Origin: Sminthopsis crassicaudata
Taxonomy: Eukaryota
NCBI RefSeq assembly: GCF_048593235.1
Contig: NC_133620.1
Location: forward strand, 276,349,765 to 276,413,764
DNA: 64,000 nucleotides
Direction of reading: 5' to 3'
Shown: one piece after another, positions 35,501 through 47,300 of the stretch
Layout of the letters: each line of letters opens with the position of its first letter
Position numbering within the stretch: position 1 is the first letter of the stretch
The notes under the pieces: model-generated
Told to the model about the DNA's origin: nothing
The model's input: only the letters and a program-made list of their open reading frames with translations
Database searches by the model: none
Position numbers and translations under genes: made by a program

Positions 35501-38097
35501 AGGGTGTTGAGGATAAGTTCCCCCCACCCCAGTTTATTAAACATTTATGAGCACACCCCTGGGCTAAGGTTAGTATTCAAGGACACAAAGGTAGAGGGGA
35601 GGAGCAGGGCAGAGCCAGTGGGGAAGGAGGTGAGGGAGATCCAGTTTCACCATCACCCCCCTGGTTTCCCTGCTACTTAAGGGTTTGGTTTTTTTTTTTG
35701 GATGGGATGGGGGTCAGAGAGGTAGCTGCTTTGCCATGGAAAGAGGGGAATGATCACCATCCCCTTGGTTATTTCTTCTACCCCATGGCTGTCACACCTA
35801 CAGGAAGCAGATAACGTATGGCTACACTATCCCCTGCCTGACCCACTGGGATTTACTCTTCAGGTCTGACCATCCCTGGTCTAACAGGAGAAGAATAATG
35901 CTTCCTTATATGTGGATAGCACTTTATAGTTTGCAAAGCACATTCCACATCATTGTTTTCTCATTCAGTTCCGTCTAACAGCCTTATGAAATATGCAGAG
36001 CAACAATTAGCAGTGACATTTGGCAGATGAGGAAATTGAGGCTCAGGATTAGGAGATTTGTTTCACTGTTAGAGCAAAGTAAATGGCAGGTGGAGGATTA
36101 AAAGTAAATCATGCTGATGCCTGGACCCATGCCACCAGAGCAGGGACAAGCGATGTGAATGAGGTTAGGAACCCAAACTGTTCTCAGAGAAAATTAAAGG
36201 GGTTGGAGGAGAACTGAGAAGCAAGGGCAAGAGACAGCTCTCCACAGCTAGACTCAAGAAACTTGGCTTTGAAGTCAATCATGGAGAAAGACACTAAACT
36301 CTTAAAGATCCTTGACCATGAGAGCAAGAGCCCTTGAAGAGAAGCTACAGTGAGAAGAAAATAGAAATTGAACCAGAATAAAATTAAGGCATGAATTTAG
36401 GAGCAGAAAAAGGAGAGAACAGGAACAAGGAAAAAATACTTCCTTACAGACTCAGAATGTTAAGAGCTAGAAGGGTCAAGTCTAATCCACTGGAAAATTA
36501 TCAAGTGTCCATAGATAGGCTGACCTAATATGATAAAAATGACAATACTACCTAAATTAATCTACTTATTCAGTGCCATACCAATCAAACTCCCAAGAAA
36601 TTATTTTACAGACTAGAAAAAATAATAAAAGAGCTAGAAAGCCATCTAGTCATAGGATCTTAGAGCTAGAGCTGGCAGGGACCTCTGAGGCCATTGAAAA
36701 GGTCCCTCATTTTACAGGGGAAGAAAGTGAAGCACAAAGGTTAGGTAACCTTCGGGGGTCGCATAGCTATTAAGAGCCTGAGACAGGACTCCAAACCGGG
36801 TTTACCTCATTCAATTGGCTGCTCCACTATTCACTGTTCTACCTACTCCCACACCCTCATTTTACAAAGGAAAAAATTGGCCCCGAGCAGAATTGGCTTG
36901 CTATAAATCACAGCAAGTAATGGCAGAATCTGGACCAGAATTTGGGGCCCCTGACACAAGGTTCGGTGTGTTTCAGAGAATAGTATGTGAAGAATGCTGG
37001 TTCTCTGCATGGTCCCTCTGCTTCTAGACCAAGATCATCCCCTGGTCCCACATACCCCACTTGTCAAAAGCTTCCTCGTGACGACGGTTCCATCGTTCTT
37101 TCAGGGCGTACTTGAGCATCTTGTCACTGGCGTCCACACTGGTCACTTTGAAGCCCTCTTCCACTAGCATGATGGAGTCCACCCTGTGCCAGGTCCAGCA
37201 GGCAGTGATAGGACAGCGGAAGGGGAGAAGGAGGAGGAGGGAGGAGATGGACCAGAGAAGATAGGATGAGGACAAGAGGGGCCAGAAGGGAAAAGGGGAG
37301 AGGGAAAAGGGTAAGAGAGGAGTGATGGAGACAAGTAGGGTTAAGGAAGAGTAGGGCTAGAAAGGATGTTTTTGGAGTGGGGACTGAGGGTCAAAGGAAG
37401 ACCAGGAGGAACCCAGTACTTGTGAATGAGTTACTCTGGTGTTGAACTGACCCCCCCCCCATTATCACCCTCCACCCACCCACCCACCCACCCCCACCAC
37501 ATTTTTAATTCACTGAATCAAAAAATCCAGAAATCCACTTTCCCCCATACCCAAAGCATGACCTCCCTCTCTAGAAACTCCAGTGATATGCCAGACTAAA
37601 TTTCAGTGACAAGTGATTTCCTCCTTCACCATCATCAGAGAGAGGCAGCCCATTTTATTTTGGAAAGATCCTCTGACACCTTCCCCCCTATTTCCCACCC
37701 CGTCCTCACTTCCAGCCCCCTCCCCCCACCAATTTCACTCATGTATTCATGCTTGTCTCACTCCTCCACTTCCTCTGCTTTCCCTGCTGCAGGTAAAGCC
37801 CTAGGCAATTCCTGGCGACCACCTGGACTGGTGCCTGCTAGCTCCCCCCTACCCCCGGAGCATGTCATGCCCTGTGCTTCCCCAGCTTTACCCAGTGCCA
37901 CAAGCCACGTCAAGCACATGTTGGCAGCCGTGCTGGTGCAGCAGCCCCAGGAGCCAGGCCTTGTACTCATCCCTACGGCTTCGGGTGTCCCCTATGTACA
38001 GCTGCCAGACCCGTGCTGCCTCTCCATCGGCGTATTGGTCTGGGAGCCCCTCAGCTGCCACTCCCAGAGAGCGGGTCCGGTACACACTGTCTGCCAT
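32402..38097 (-). CDS. GNMT: Glycine N-methyltransferase, complete: 6 exons, 888 nt, 295 aa
   Basis: Starts [31 protein letters not shown], has SAM-binding motif VLDVACGTG and ends [12 protein letters not shown]. Exon sizes are 206/128/117/143/122/172, all GT-AG. Confidence 0.98.
32800..32921 (-). CDS. GNMT: GNMT exon 5 (122 nt)
   Basis: [40 protein letters not shown]. Confidence 0.96.
32990..34410 (+). mobile_element. LINE-2 fragments in GNMT intron 4, interrupted by a SINE (~33875-33990)
   Basis: L2 body and tail motifs; boundaries approximate. Confidence 0.6.
34560..34702 (-). CDS. GNMT: GNMT exon 4 (143 nt)
   Basis: [47 protein letters not shown]. Confidence 0.96.
35034..35150 (-). CDS. 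GNMT: GNMT exon 3 (117 nt)
   Basis: [38 protein letters not shown]. Confidence 0.96.
36473..36628 (+). mobile_element. Internal LINE-1 ORF2 fragment flanked by an 11-bp direct repeat
   Basis: Encodes [26 protein letters not shown]-like L1 ORF2 sequence; AAGAGCTAGAA at 36462-36472 and 36629-36639. Confidence 0.75.
37056..37183 (-). CDS. GNMT: GNMT exon 2 (128 nt)
   Basis: [42 protein letters not shown]. Confidence 0.96.
37892..38097 (-). CDS. GNMT: GNMT exon 1 coding part (206 nt)
   Basis: [10 protein letters not shown]...VLDVACGTG, donor GTAAAG. Confidence 0.97.
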
Positions 38098-38138
38098 CCT
38101 CTCGGTTCCCCTGGCCCCCCGGCCACCTGCCGACACAC

Positions 38139-38188
38139 TTATAAGGCTGCCCCGGCTTTTTTTGCCCAGCCTGCCTAACCTGTCCAAT
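38139..38188 (-). promoter_or_regulatory. GNMT proximal promoter: TATA-like TTATAA (38139-38144) and CCAAT (38184-38188)
   Basis: TTATAA lies 42 nt upstream of the ATG, consistent with a very short 5' UTR. Confidence 0.65.
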
Positions 38189-40609
38189 GGCAGGTGAGAT
38201 CCAGGACACGCCCCTGCCTGCTCTTCTCCCAGAGCCAGGAACCAGCAGTTCCTGACCTCCCAGGCTCTGTGAATGGCCTTCTTCTACCCCACCTCCCTAA
38301 CCCTTAGCTAGAGGAGCGTGTCATGTGGGAAACCTCCCCTCCATCCCCATCCCTGGCATCCAGGGGGAAGAGGAATCCTGAGCTTCTGAGAACCAAGGGT
38401 GGGAGGAGAAAGGGCAAACAAGTAACCCCAAAGGCTCAGGGAGACTGTCAGGGATAACCTTAATCCTTTCCTGAGTGTCCACTTGGGCACCAGGCCCGAG
38501 GAAGGCAGACAAGGGGTTAGGAGAGAGGGAACGGACTGATGAATAGTTAGATCACAACATCCTATCTCACAACTCTTCCACCCCCCCATATTTGGATGTA
38601 GTTATTATAAAAAGTAATTATACCAATCCCTTCTATGTCTAGCATAGATAGCTCCTAGCTTCTGCCTTCTCCAGGGTACTGGGGAGCTGGCCCAAGACAG
38701 CGGGGCCCATAGGGTGAGCTGGGTTTGAGGAGGGTTTGTCATGAAACCAGCATATTATCATCTTTGGAACACTGAACTTAGAGAACTGGCTTCAACTTTT
38801 TTTTATATCTGGTGAGAGTGGGATATAAAACTGGGTGTTACAGATAGGGGGGGATACTCAATGCTTAGTGGGCAAGGGGGGTACACCCATGTACCCAGGT
38901 CCTCCCAAGATCCCAGGATGTGGAAGGGAGGCAGGGCAGGGGTCAGAGCATGTTAAACACAAGGGAGAGGAGGAAGGGCTCCTGCCTGCTCAAACACCCA
39001 AAAGAACTCTAGTGATAGGCTAGCTATGGAGAGAGAGGCTCAGGGTCAGCCTGGAGCAGAAGTCTTAGCGACATACAATTGGACAACCTAGTTGCCACCC
39101 CAGAAAGAGGCCAAACCTCTGCCTAAGAAATCGATGAGATAAGTCCTGGGCGAAGAGGTGAACTCTCTCTGTTGGATAGTTCTGTTCAGTGAAACTTTTG
39201 AGAGGAAAAGTGTTGGATATTGGCAAGGAAACGGGTTGAGAAGCAAAGATGTGACCCCGCTTATACTGTGTGGGTATCTTCTCTCTACTCCACTCCCAAT
39301 TCTGATCCAAATGTCAGTCCTGGGCATTGAAGTCCAAAAGAGGGAAATTCCACTCCCATGGGGAAATTGAGCCAGTTGGGTCCCACCTAACATAGGATGT
39401 AAGGAGGGTAAGGACAGGCCCTTGACAGAAGTAATCTCTAAGAGTCAGTCTCTGCTTTTTCTTCAATCCATGGCAAGAGGGTTGTCAGCCAGAGAAGATA
39501 AAAAGTTTGCATTTCTCAAGGACAAGCCTGCCTTAACTCCTCCACAGAGGGGAGAGTGGGGAAGGACTGTGGGACTTAGAAGTTCACAAACCCACTCCTG
39601 GTCCATTAATTGGCCAGTAGGCCTGGACTTAGGCTGGGTGATAACAGGAGAAAACAGGGTCATTTTCAACACTAAACTTAAGGGAGTAGCCGTAGGGGGA
39701 GTCCAGCAGGATGTCTTCTTCCTTTTCAATAGGGAGGTGTGGGAGAAGAAATCAAACTGTACCCTGCATCATTAGTGCCACGTGTTGGAAGCTCTGGGCC
39801 CGGCTGCCCCAGGTTGCCTTTAGTATTAGCAGGGAGGGACAAAAAAGGCTAATTACCCTCCCCCTAACTTCAGAGGATATCATGAAATGAGCAAGTATTG
39901 GCTGGGGTAGGGGGAGGGGGAAGAGAGGAAGTCCTACGTGGTACATTCAAAAGGAAAAAACTGGGGACAAAGTTCAATGACAGGGGGCAGCCCTGAAAAG
40001 GGAAAATAGTAAATACATTACACAAAACCTGGAATCACAAAGGAGGGAGGAGGGATGGGACAGGACAGGGGTGAACAGCTTGCTGAAAGGTGCCCAATGG
40101 AGGTGACTAGGCAGAAAGGGGAAAAGGGAACAAAGGAAGACTCAAATTCTAGAACAAAAAAAGAAAGGACTCCAGGAAATCAAGTGGGAACAAGGATAGC
40201 TGTCATTTTGACTGTTACTCTAGAATAGGGTGTTTAAAAACCATCCTTGCAGTCTCTTTTCAAGGTCCAATATATGAGGGTACGGGCTGATGTGAAGGAC
40301 AACCTCCATCCTACTACCAGCCCTCTCCTCCCCTGTACTTCCTCCCAGCATTCTCCACCTTTCCTTCCCCTCCCCACTCCCTCCATGCATAATCTCCCCA
40401 TCAGGATTCTCTCTTTGCTACTGCTCTTCCAGATCAGCTTGCAAGAGTTCCCCAGAATAAATGGGAAATCAAGGACCAAAAAGGATTCATTGCCCTTTAC
40501 ACCATCCTTATGCCAATTCCCATGAATTCTGGATAGAAGAATGAGAGAAAAGCCAGGTAAAAGGCACAAAAAAGGGTTTTAGGACACCAAGTAAAAAGGC
40601 CAAATATTT

Positions 40610-40615
40610 TTTACT
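40610..40615 (-). terminator. Probable CNPY3 poly(A) signal, variant AGTAAA
   Basis: AGTAAA followed by U/GU-rich sequence about 540 nt after the stop; I saw no AATAAA on this strand between the stop and here. The human CNPY3 mRNA end is recalled as ...AGAGTAAAAA... (not verified). Confidence 0.55.
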
Positions 40616-41153
40616 CTGCACATTGTGCAGTAAAATGGGATTGGGAGGAGTAGAGGCTGGGTGTCACATGGCTGCAAGGGGGCTAGGGCCCTGGAGAAAA
40701 CGGCCAAAACCAGGACTGGGTGAGGAAGGCCTTCCTGGTAGGACTGGGGCCAGGAGAGAGATGTTTCTGAAACCGGGGGAGTGGTGTTGCTGAACCACTC
40801 CCAATGGAAGAAGGTGGGGGTGCACCCATGGGACAATGAGGGATAGAGTCCTCCCTGAGGGCTCGGCAATGCTCAGACTCATCCCTCAAAGGTTTACAAT
40901 GCAGTTTTTAGCTCTGGGGCCGCCACACAGCTCTTCTTCCAAGCCCAGGGGAGAAGCAGCTGCCAGGAAAGGAAAAGGAAGGGCAGGCTCTGTAATCCTC
41001 AGTGGGACAAGGGCACAGCAGGGGGGGTGCAGTGAACCCCCAGAGCTGGGGAGTCCATCCTTGTCTGCCAGAGGCACAAGAGAACACAGTCTCCCTCAGC
41101 CAAGGGCTTCCTTCTGCACCCCTGGGACAGTAGATGGGGTGCTCAGTTGGATT

Positions 41154-41371
41154 CTACAGTTCATCGGTGGGGCTGTGTGTGAGAGGGGTGGCTTTCTGGA
41201 CACCCTCATCCTCCTCAGGATGAGGATCCTCATCTAGATTTCTTGGGTCTTTCCTCTGCTTGCTGTTCTTCTTATTGGACACCTTGCTTTTGCCTCCCTT
41301 TTTCTTGGCTTTCTTCCCTCCCAAGGCTGCTGTATCTCCCTTCTTGCTGATCCATTGCTCAGTCAGGCAAC
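41154..41371 (-). CDS. CNPY3: CNPY3 exon 6 coding part (218 nt), stop TAG
   Basis: [20 protein letters not shown]...[10 protein letters not shown]. Confidence 0.96.
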
Positions 41372-44300
41372 CTGTTGAAGGGAGAGGGGAAGGAATACAA
41401 TGCTCAACCAGCAACAACTAGAAATATTCATCTGCTAAGCACCTACTGGGCATCAACCACTGGCCTGAGACTATTGTAATAAGGTTTGGGAGAGGATGCT
41501 AAGGAAAGGGAGAGGAAATAGGGATACAAGGAAAAGCCCGATATTCATTAAGTAAGCAGGCATTTGTAGTCACAAGAGAAGGTTCCAATCCTGGCCTATT
41601 CATTAGCTGTGCGACTCTGGTCAATTTCTTTAATGTCTCTAAACCTGATTCTTTATATATGAAACAGGGAAAATAACACTTGTGATAAAGCTGATCAAGC
41701 ATAATTCAAGAGTGTTATTTCAAAGCATGATCTTCATGGTACTACTGACTCGTGCCTGGGAGGTGATGGATTAATATGTGGAACACAACACATACGGGGT
41801 AAAAGGATGGGAGGAAAACCAGTGAGAGACACAAAAAAGAGGGGTTAGGACACTGAGTAAAAAAACAAATTTTTTTACTCTGAACATTATGCAATAAAAT
41901 GGGTTGGGGCAGGATAGTGTGTGAGTGTCACATGCTCCTGAGGGGGGTTAGAGCCCTGGGGAGACAGCTGTGACCAGGTCTGGGGGGGAGCTCTGATGGT
42001 TTCACCAGGGACCTCTGCCTCTGACGCCTATGACCTAATGGCCTAGATATACATGCTTTGCCTGGCCCACACTAAACTCATCTGGTATCCATTTTGTAAA
42101 TATTCTGAATCTTTTTGAAAGCTGTGTGGAGCTGCAGCCTCCCCAAATAACCCAGGCTCTCCAAGGACAAAATCTCTGTCCTCTGAGATCCCCATCCCAC
42201 CCCCATTTTCCCAGTGTTTCCAGGCATTCCAGCAGGGGTATGTGACCTGAGCCCCCACTGCCCTGCCCCCAACCTCAGACTCACTTGTGTCTTTCCCCTT
42301 TAGCACATGATTAGCGCAGAGAAAGGAGGTTAGGTCCTCTTCCTGATGGTTCCGATACCAGTCCTCAATCACTTCTTCGAATTCCTCCACCAGCACATCA
42401 CACTAAAGCAGAACCCAACAGAGGCACAGATACACAGAATGTAGAATGTCACAGCTGCAAGAGTCTTCAGAAATCAGCTAGTCCAGTTTCTTCATTTTAT
42501 AAAGAATTTTATATCATATTTATAAAGGCTTATCTGAGAGCCCCAGGAAGGGATACTGACAAACCATTATCATTGCCAACTCCACTTGGATTCTCTGGTG
42601 GCAGCTTGTGCTTCTGATCAACATGGACCCCCTTTCCTGAGCTGTCCTTGCTGAAAAAAGACTAAAATGGTACAAGTGGCGAGAAGGGGCCTTGGAATTT
42701 GGGAACTCATATCCTATCTTTCCCCCATGACACAGACCTAATTCATCTCCCAGGCACTATCTGTGCTGTGCTATCTTGCTGATTCCACAAACACTAATTT
42801 AGTTCTTTGTACAGTGCACTGTGCTAGATTTTTGGGGAGATAAGTTGAAGGGAGTAGAGGAATCATGCACAACTAAGTAGGTAGTGAAATGGGAAAAGGA
42901 GAAATCCAAACAAAATCCTCTATGAAAATGTAAAGAGGAGAATGGAATGACACTAAGAACAGGTGGGGGAATTCCATAGGCACATACCTGCTTCTTGAGG
43001 TCAGCTACCTCAGCCGAAGTCTCATTCCATAGTTCATAGGGAATGTCCATCACTACCTTCACCCCCTTGTGAACTAGATTGTGGAGTGTTTCAAAAGTCT
43101 CAGACATGCCCTAAGAAGAAGAAACATAAGAGTATCTGCCCACCTGCCCTTCTCAACGCCTGAAGGTACTAGTGATAGACATTTTTATATTGAGCTGCAG
43201 GGACCGCAAAATCACAGCATCTCAGAGTTAGTGGGATCTCCACAACCATCTAATCCAGCCCACACCTGAATAGGAAACCTTCAGTCACACTGCCAATCGG
43301 GCCTTTCACATCTTACTTTGGCTTCTTCTCCCTCTTGCTATTATTGCTGGTCTTGATTTTGGCCTTCTTTCTAGGCTGCTACTCAACAGTCATGACTTCT
43401 TACTTTTATCTTTGCTCTCTAGCCTCAACCCAAGTTCCTCACTCACTTTTCCTACTTTCCAACCTTTTGCTGATATTTACTCAGGACTTCACTTGAGACC
43501 TAGTTCTCCAATTCTGAAGAGCACTAAAAGTCTGGAAGCTGGCATTAGAGCTCCCACCACAAATGGGTAGCTCTAACCACTTCTGCCACTGGGACTTCAG
43601 CAATCTTTCAGGCCTTTCAGAATACTTCTACTGTCAGTTGATAAGAAGAATACAAACCTTATATTTGAATGGTGGGGTTGAAGGAGTTAAACAGAGTACC
43701 AATATAAAATGATAAAGTGCAATAGGAGCCAGCCTCGGGAAATAAGACCTTCGAAGGTTTGCACTTCAAATTACACCCATAGGAACCACATAAGNNNNNN
43801 NNNNNNNNNNNNNNNNNNNNNNNNNNNNNNNNNNNNNNNNNNNNNNNNNNNNNNNNNNNNNNNNNNNNNNNNNNNNNNNNNNNNNNNNNNNNNNNNNNNN
43901 NNNNNNNNNNNNNNNNNNNNNNNNNNNNNNGGGATGATACCAACCTTAGCAAACCGGTTGCTGCCACTCCTTTCCTTATGCAAGCTATAGTCCAGAAGTC
44001 TCTTGCAGATGGTCTCAGTTACTTCAATTAACCGAAGATCCCTGAAGAAATGCCAACATAAAGGATACTGATCTCCCCACCCATTTCCAGTTGGTTCCTG
44101 CTGTTGCTACCACAGGAATGTGGACAAGTTTTTCCTGCCTGTGGGGGGCAGGAGGGGGGATCATAGAATCATACATAGGATGCCATAGCCAGAAAGTGCC
44201 TTAGAGAGACCATTTAGTCAAACACTATTCTTTTATAAATAAGGAAACTGAGGCCCACAGAAAAGAAATCACTTGCTCAAGATTTAACAATGATTAGTAA

Positions 44301-47300
44301 CAGAACCAGGACTAAAACTCAACTGTCTGGATTTCTAAATCAATGTTCTTTCCATTCCATCACATGGCCTTGTGAGTCACTGTTTTCTCCTGGGAGATGA
44401 GAAGGGGGCAGACAGTCCCCATCATCTCCACGAATGGACTAAGGCAGACTAATGTACCCACTGCTCACTTACGATTTGGTATATTTGACTCTGGAGGCTT
44501 TCTGGTCTAGGATGCCATAGCCTGTATCAATCACTTCCTTGGTCTTGCCAGTCTCCTCAAAAGCTGACTTCAGTTCCACGGCTACATACTTGCACACTAG
44601 GAGAAAGAGGCAAAACACAGATAGGTGAATGGATGACACTTCAGGGCACTCTCCAGCTAAGGCAAACCTGAGACTCTTCCTACCTATCAATCCTGGAAAC
44701 AAGTGGGGTTCTCTGACCAATCAATAGGAGCTGGTTCTAGATGCTCAGATGAAATACATCACATCCACATCTTGCCACCCATATTCCAAGTTCCCTTCAG
44801 TGCCTATTTCTTGTCATTTTCTTGCTCCAGTCAAATTTATTGCTAGTCTCCCACATGATTTGTCTGTTCCAGACCTCTTTTGATGAAAATACCACCCCCC
44901 CCACCAGCCTAGAACACCTTTCTTCCCCATGCTACTCAATCCACATTCAGTATCTTCAGTACCTCTAGGAAACCCTTTCTTTGAGTGAAATGAACCTAGT
45001 TGATTCTTATCTTGCTGTTATGTCAATTATCAAAGTGATTTTCCTAAAGCATAGATCTGACCAAATTGCTCCCCTTTTCAATAAACTCCTGTTTTAAAGC
45101 TCTTTACCATCTATGCCCTTTCCTGCCTTTATCATACATTATTTCACGCATTCTATAACAGTCATACCAGCTTCTTTCTGTTTCTCATATAAGACATTTT
45201 CTTTCTCATTTTTATGCCCTGACACTTTGCTGTGCATGTTCCTGAGCCAGAAGCATTACCATCCTCACCCCCTTCTCTTGGGACCCCTGACTTTTTCTTC
45301 TGCAGGAAACTCCTGCCTTCTTGCTGCTCCTTTCCCATTAGGTTACCTAGTATACATGAACATGTTGCTTTTTCCATTTGAATGGAATTTGGAGGTTTTG
45401 CCATTTTTTTCCCTCCTCTTTTTTCTGCATCTCCAATGCTTAACAAGTCCCTGCCATATGGTGGGAATTTAATAAATGCTAGTTGATTTTCTGATTACAG
45501 GGTCCCTTCAACACTTAAGTACTCAAAATAAATTTCTTCATTTGGCCTTCCTTGTGTGGTATTTTTAAAATATCTTGGGCTACATTCTCATGTCTCTTCC
45601 TCCCCTCCAGAGTATAAGCACCTCAAGATTAAGGTCTTTATTTTCTATTTCTTTCTATCTTTTTTACTGTGACCATTATACAATAGATATTCAATAAGCA
45701 ATAAATATTGTTGAAAGGAGGACAAAATGACTTAATATCTGCTTAAGGGCTAAGCAGGTCCTCGTGCCCCTTTTAATACAATATGGCCTTGAGCCTAAGC
45801 TTCATTACAATTAAAATATTGATGGCAATTTACCAGTGACAAGTAACATGTCCTGGAAAATCATATGATGGTATTTTCTAACATATGAATTAACTAATTG
45901 CCTTGAGACTCTATCCAGGGACATAAAGAAATGACTCTTGAATAATTTCATCAAATAAGCTAGTTCTTTGAGAGTATGAATTTAAATTACAGCTCACCTC
46001 CCTAGTTCTCCATTTCATGCCATCTGCTGTCTTTTTTCCTACATTCCTCAATTCAATCCCTTCACTCCAGGAAAGCACATCATCTTTCTGGCTTCTCTGC
46101 CCCCTTCTCCCACGCCCTCTGTGTGAATTGCAAGGCCTGGGGGTTTGGAATACCCTCCTATTCTACCACCCATCCAACCATAAGCCATCTCCTCAACTCC
46201 TCCAAACTTCACTACCTAACAAGCCCCTCTGGGGATCCCACCCAGAACCAGAACTGGGGAAGCTGTAGCATGGAACCCAGAAACTCCTGGCCATCCACCC
46301 ACCCATCCCCTTTCCTGGGCATCTGTACAACGTTCACATGTGCTGAGGCCTGTCTCTCTCTCAGGCTAATGGGCCAGAAGCCCAGCTCTGTGGGCCAGGC
46401 ACAATAAACACTTATATAAGAATATAAAATTATTATTAATAATAGCATAGTAAAGAAAAGCCTGAGGGCTGGAATTTGCCAAATCAGTGTGGAGCTCTAA
46501 CCATCTTTGTTGAATCACCTATAAAATGAGGAGGGTAACAACCAATGCCATCTATCAAAAACAAGCATACACTCCCATTTTAGTATTCTAGGCCCTCCAT
46601 TAGGTTCCAACCTCCCTTTCCAACCTTATACTACCCTTCTCTCGTTGTATTGTCTATATTCCAGCCAAACTGGGTTATCTTCCTCCTTAATTCCCATCAT
46701 GCTGCTGCTTACCTCCCTGCCTCTGCTTACACCAGTGGTATCAAACTTCAATAGAAATGAATTACCCAAAGTTTTACTATATTCTTATTTTGTTATAACA
46801 CCTTTAGTTTGTCTTTTCTGACATACTATGCCCCATGCCTGAGAGGACTCTTCCTCTTCCCTATTTCCACTTAGGTCATCCGAACCTCAATTTTATTTAA
46901 AATCACTTTTTCCTCCTCAAGTGTCTTTGCTTAAACTCTGTATACTTCTCTTACTTGCTCTGTATCATCCTTATCCGTAAACTTATTGTCCCAATTCAAT
47001 TTTAAACTTTTTAAAAAGAGTATCTGTGTCATATCTATCTTTGTATCCACTGAACAATAAACATTAGGTGAACTTTAAATTTATCTTATATTTGTAAAGC
47101 TAAAACTTTATAAAATACTTTCACATGCACTGTCTTATCTGACTCTTACACTAATCTGATGAGTAAGCAGGGTTAATCTTTTCTCCATTTTATAGATGAA
47201 GAAATTGAGGCTCAGAGAAGTGAACTGATTAGCTTCTCGGGACATTATCACACAATCCTAAGTCTTCTCGATCCTGATCTAGTTTTCTTATAAAATCACT

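Larger units (their letters stand above)
40564..41990. repeat. Dispersed direct repeat pair: ~165 bp at 40564-40730 and 41829-41990
   Basis: About 80% identity by eye over the ~105-bp core. Confidence 0.9.

Noticed and set aside
37606-38197. 190-aa and 111-aa + strand ORFs
   Set aside because: Antisense to GNMT exon 1 and a pyrimidine-rich intron; no independent coding evidence.
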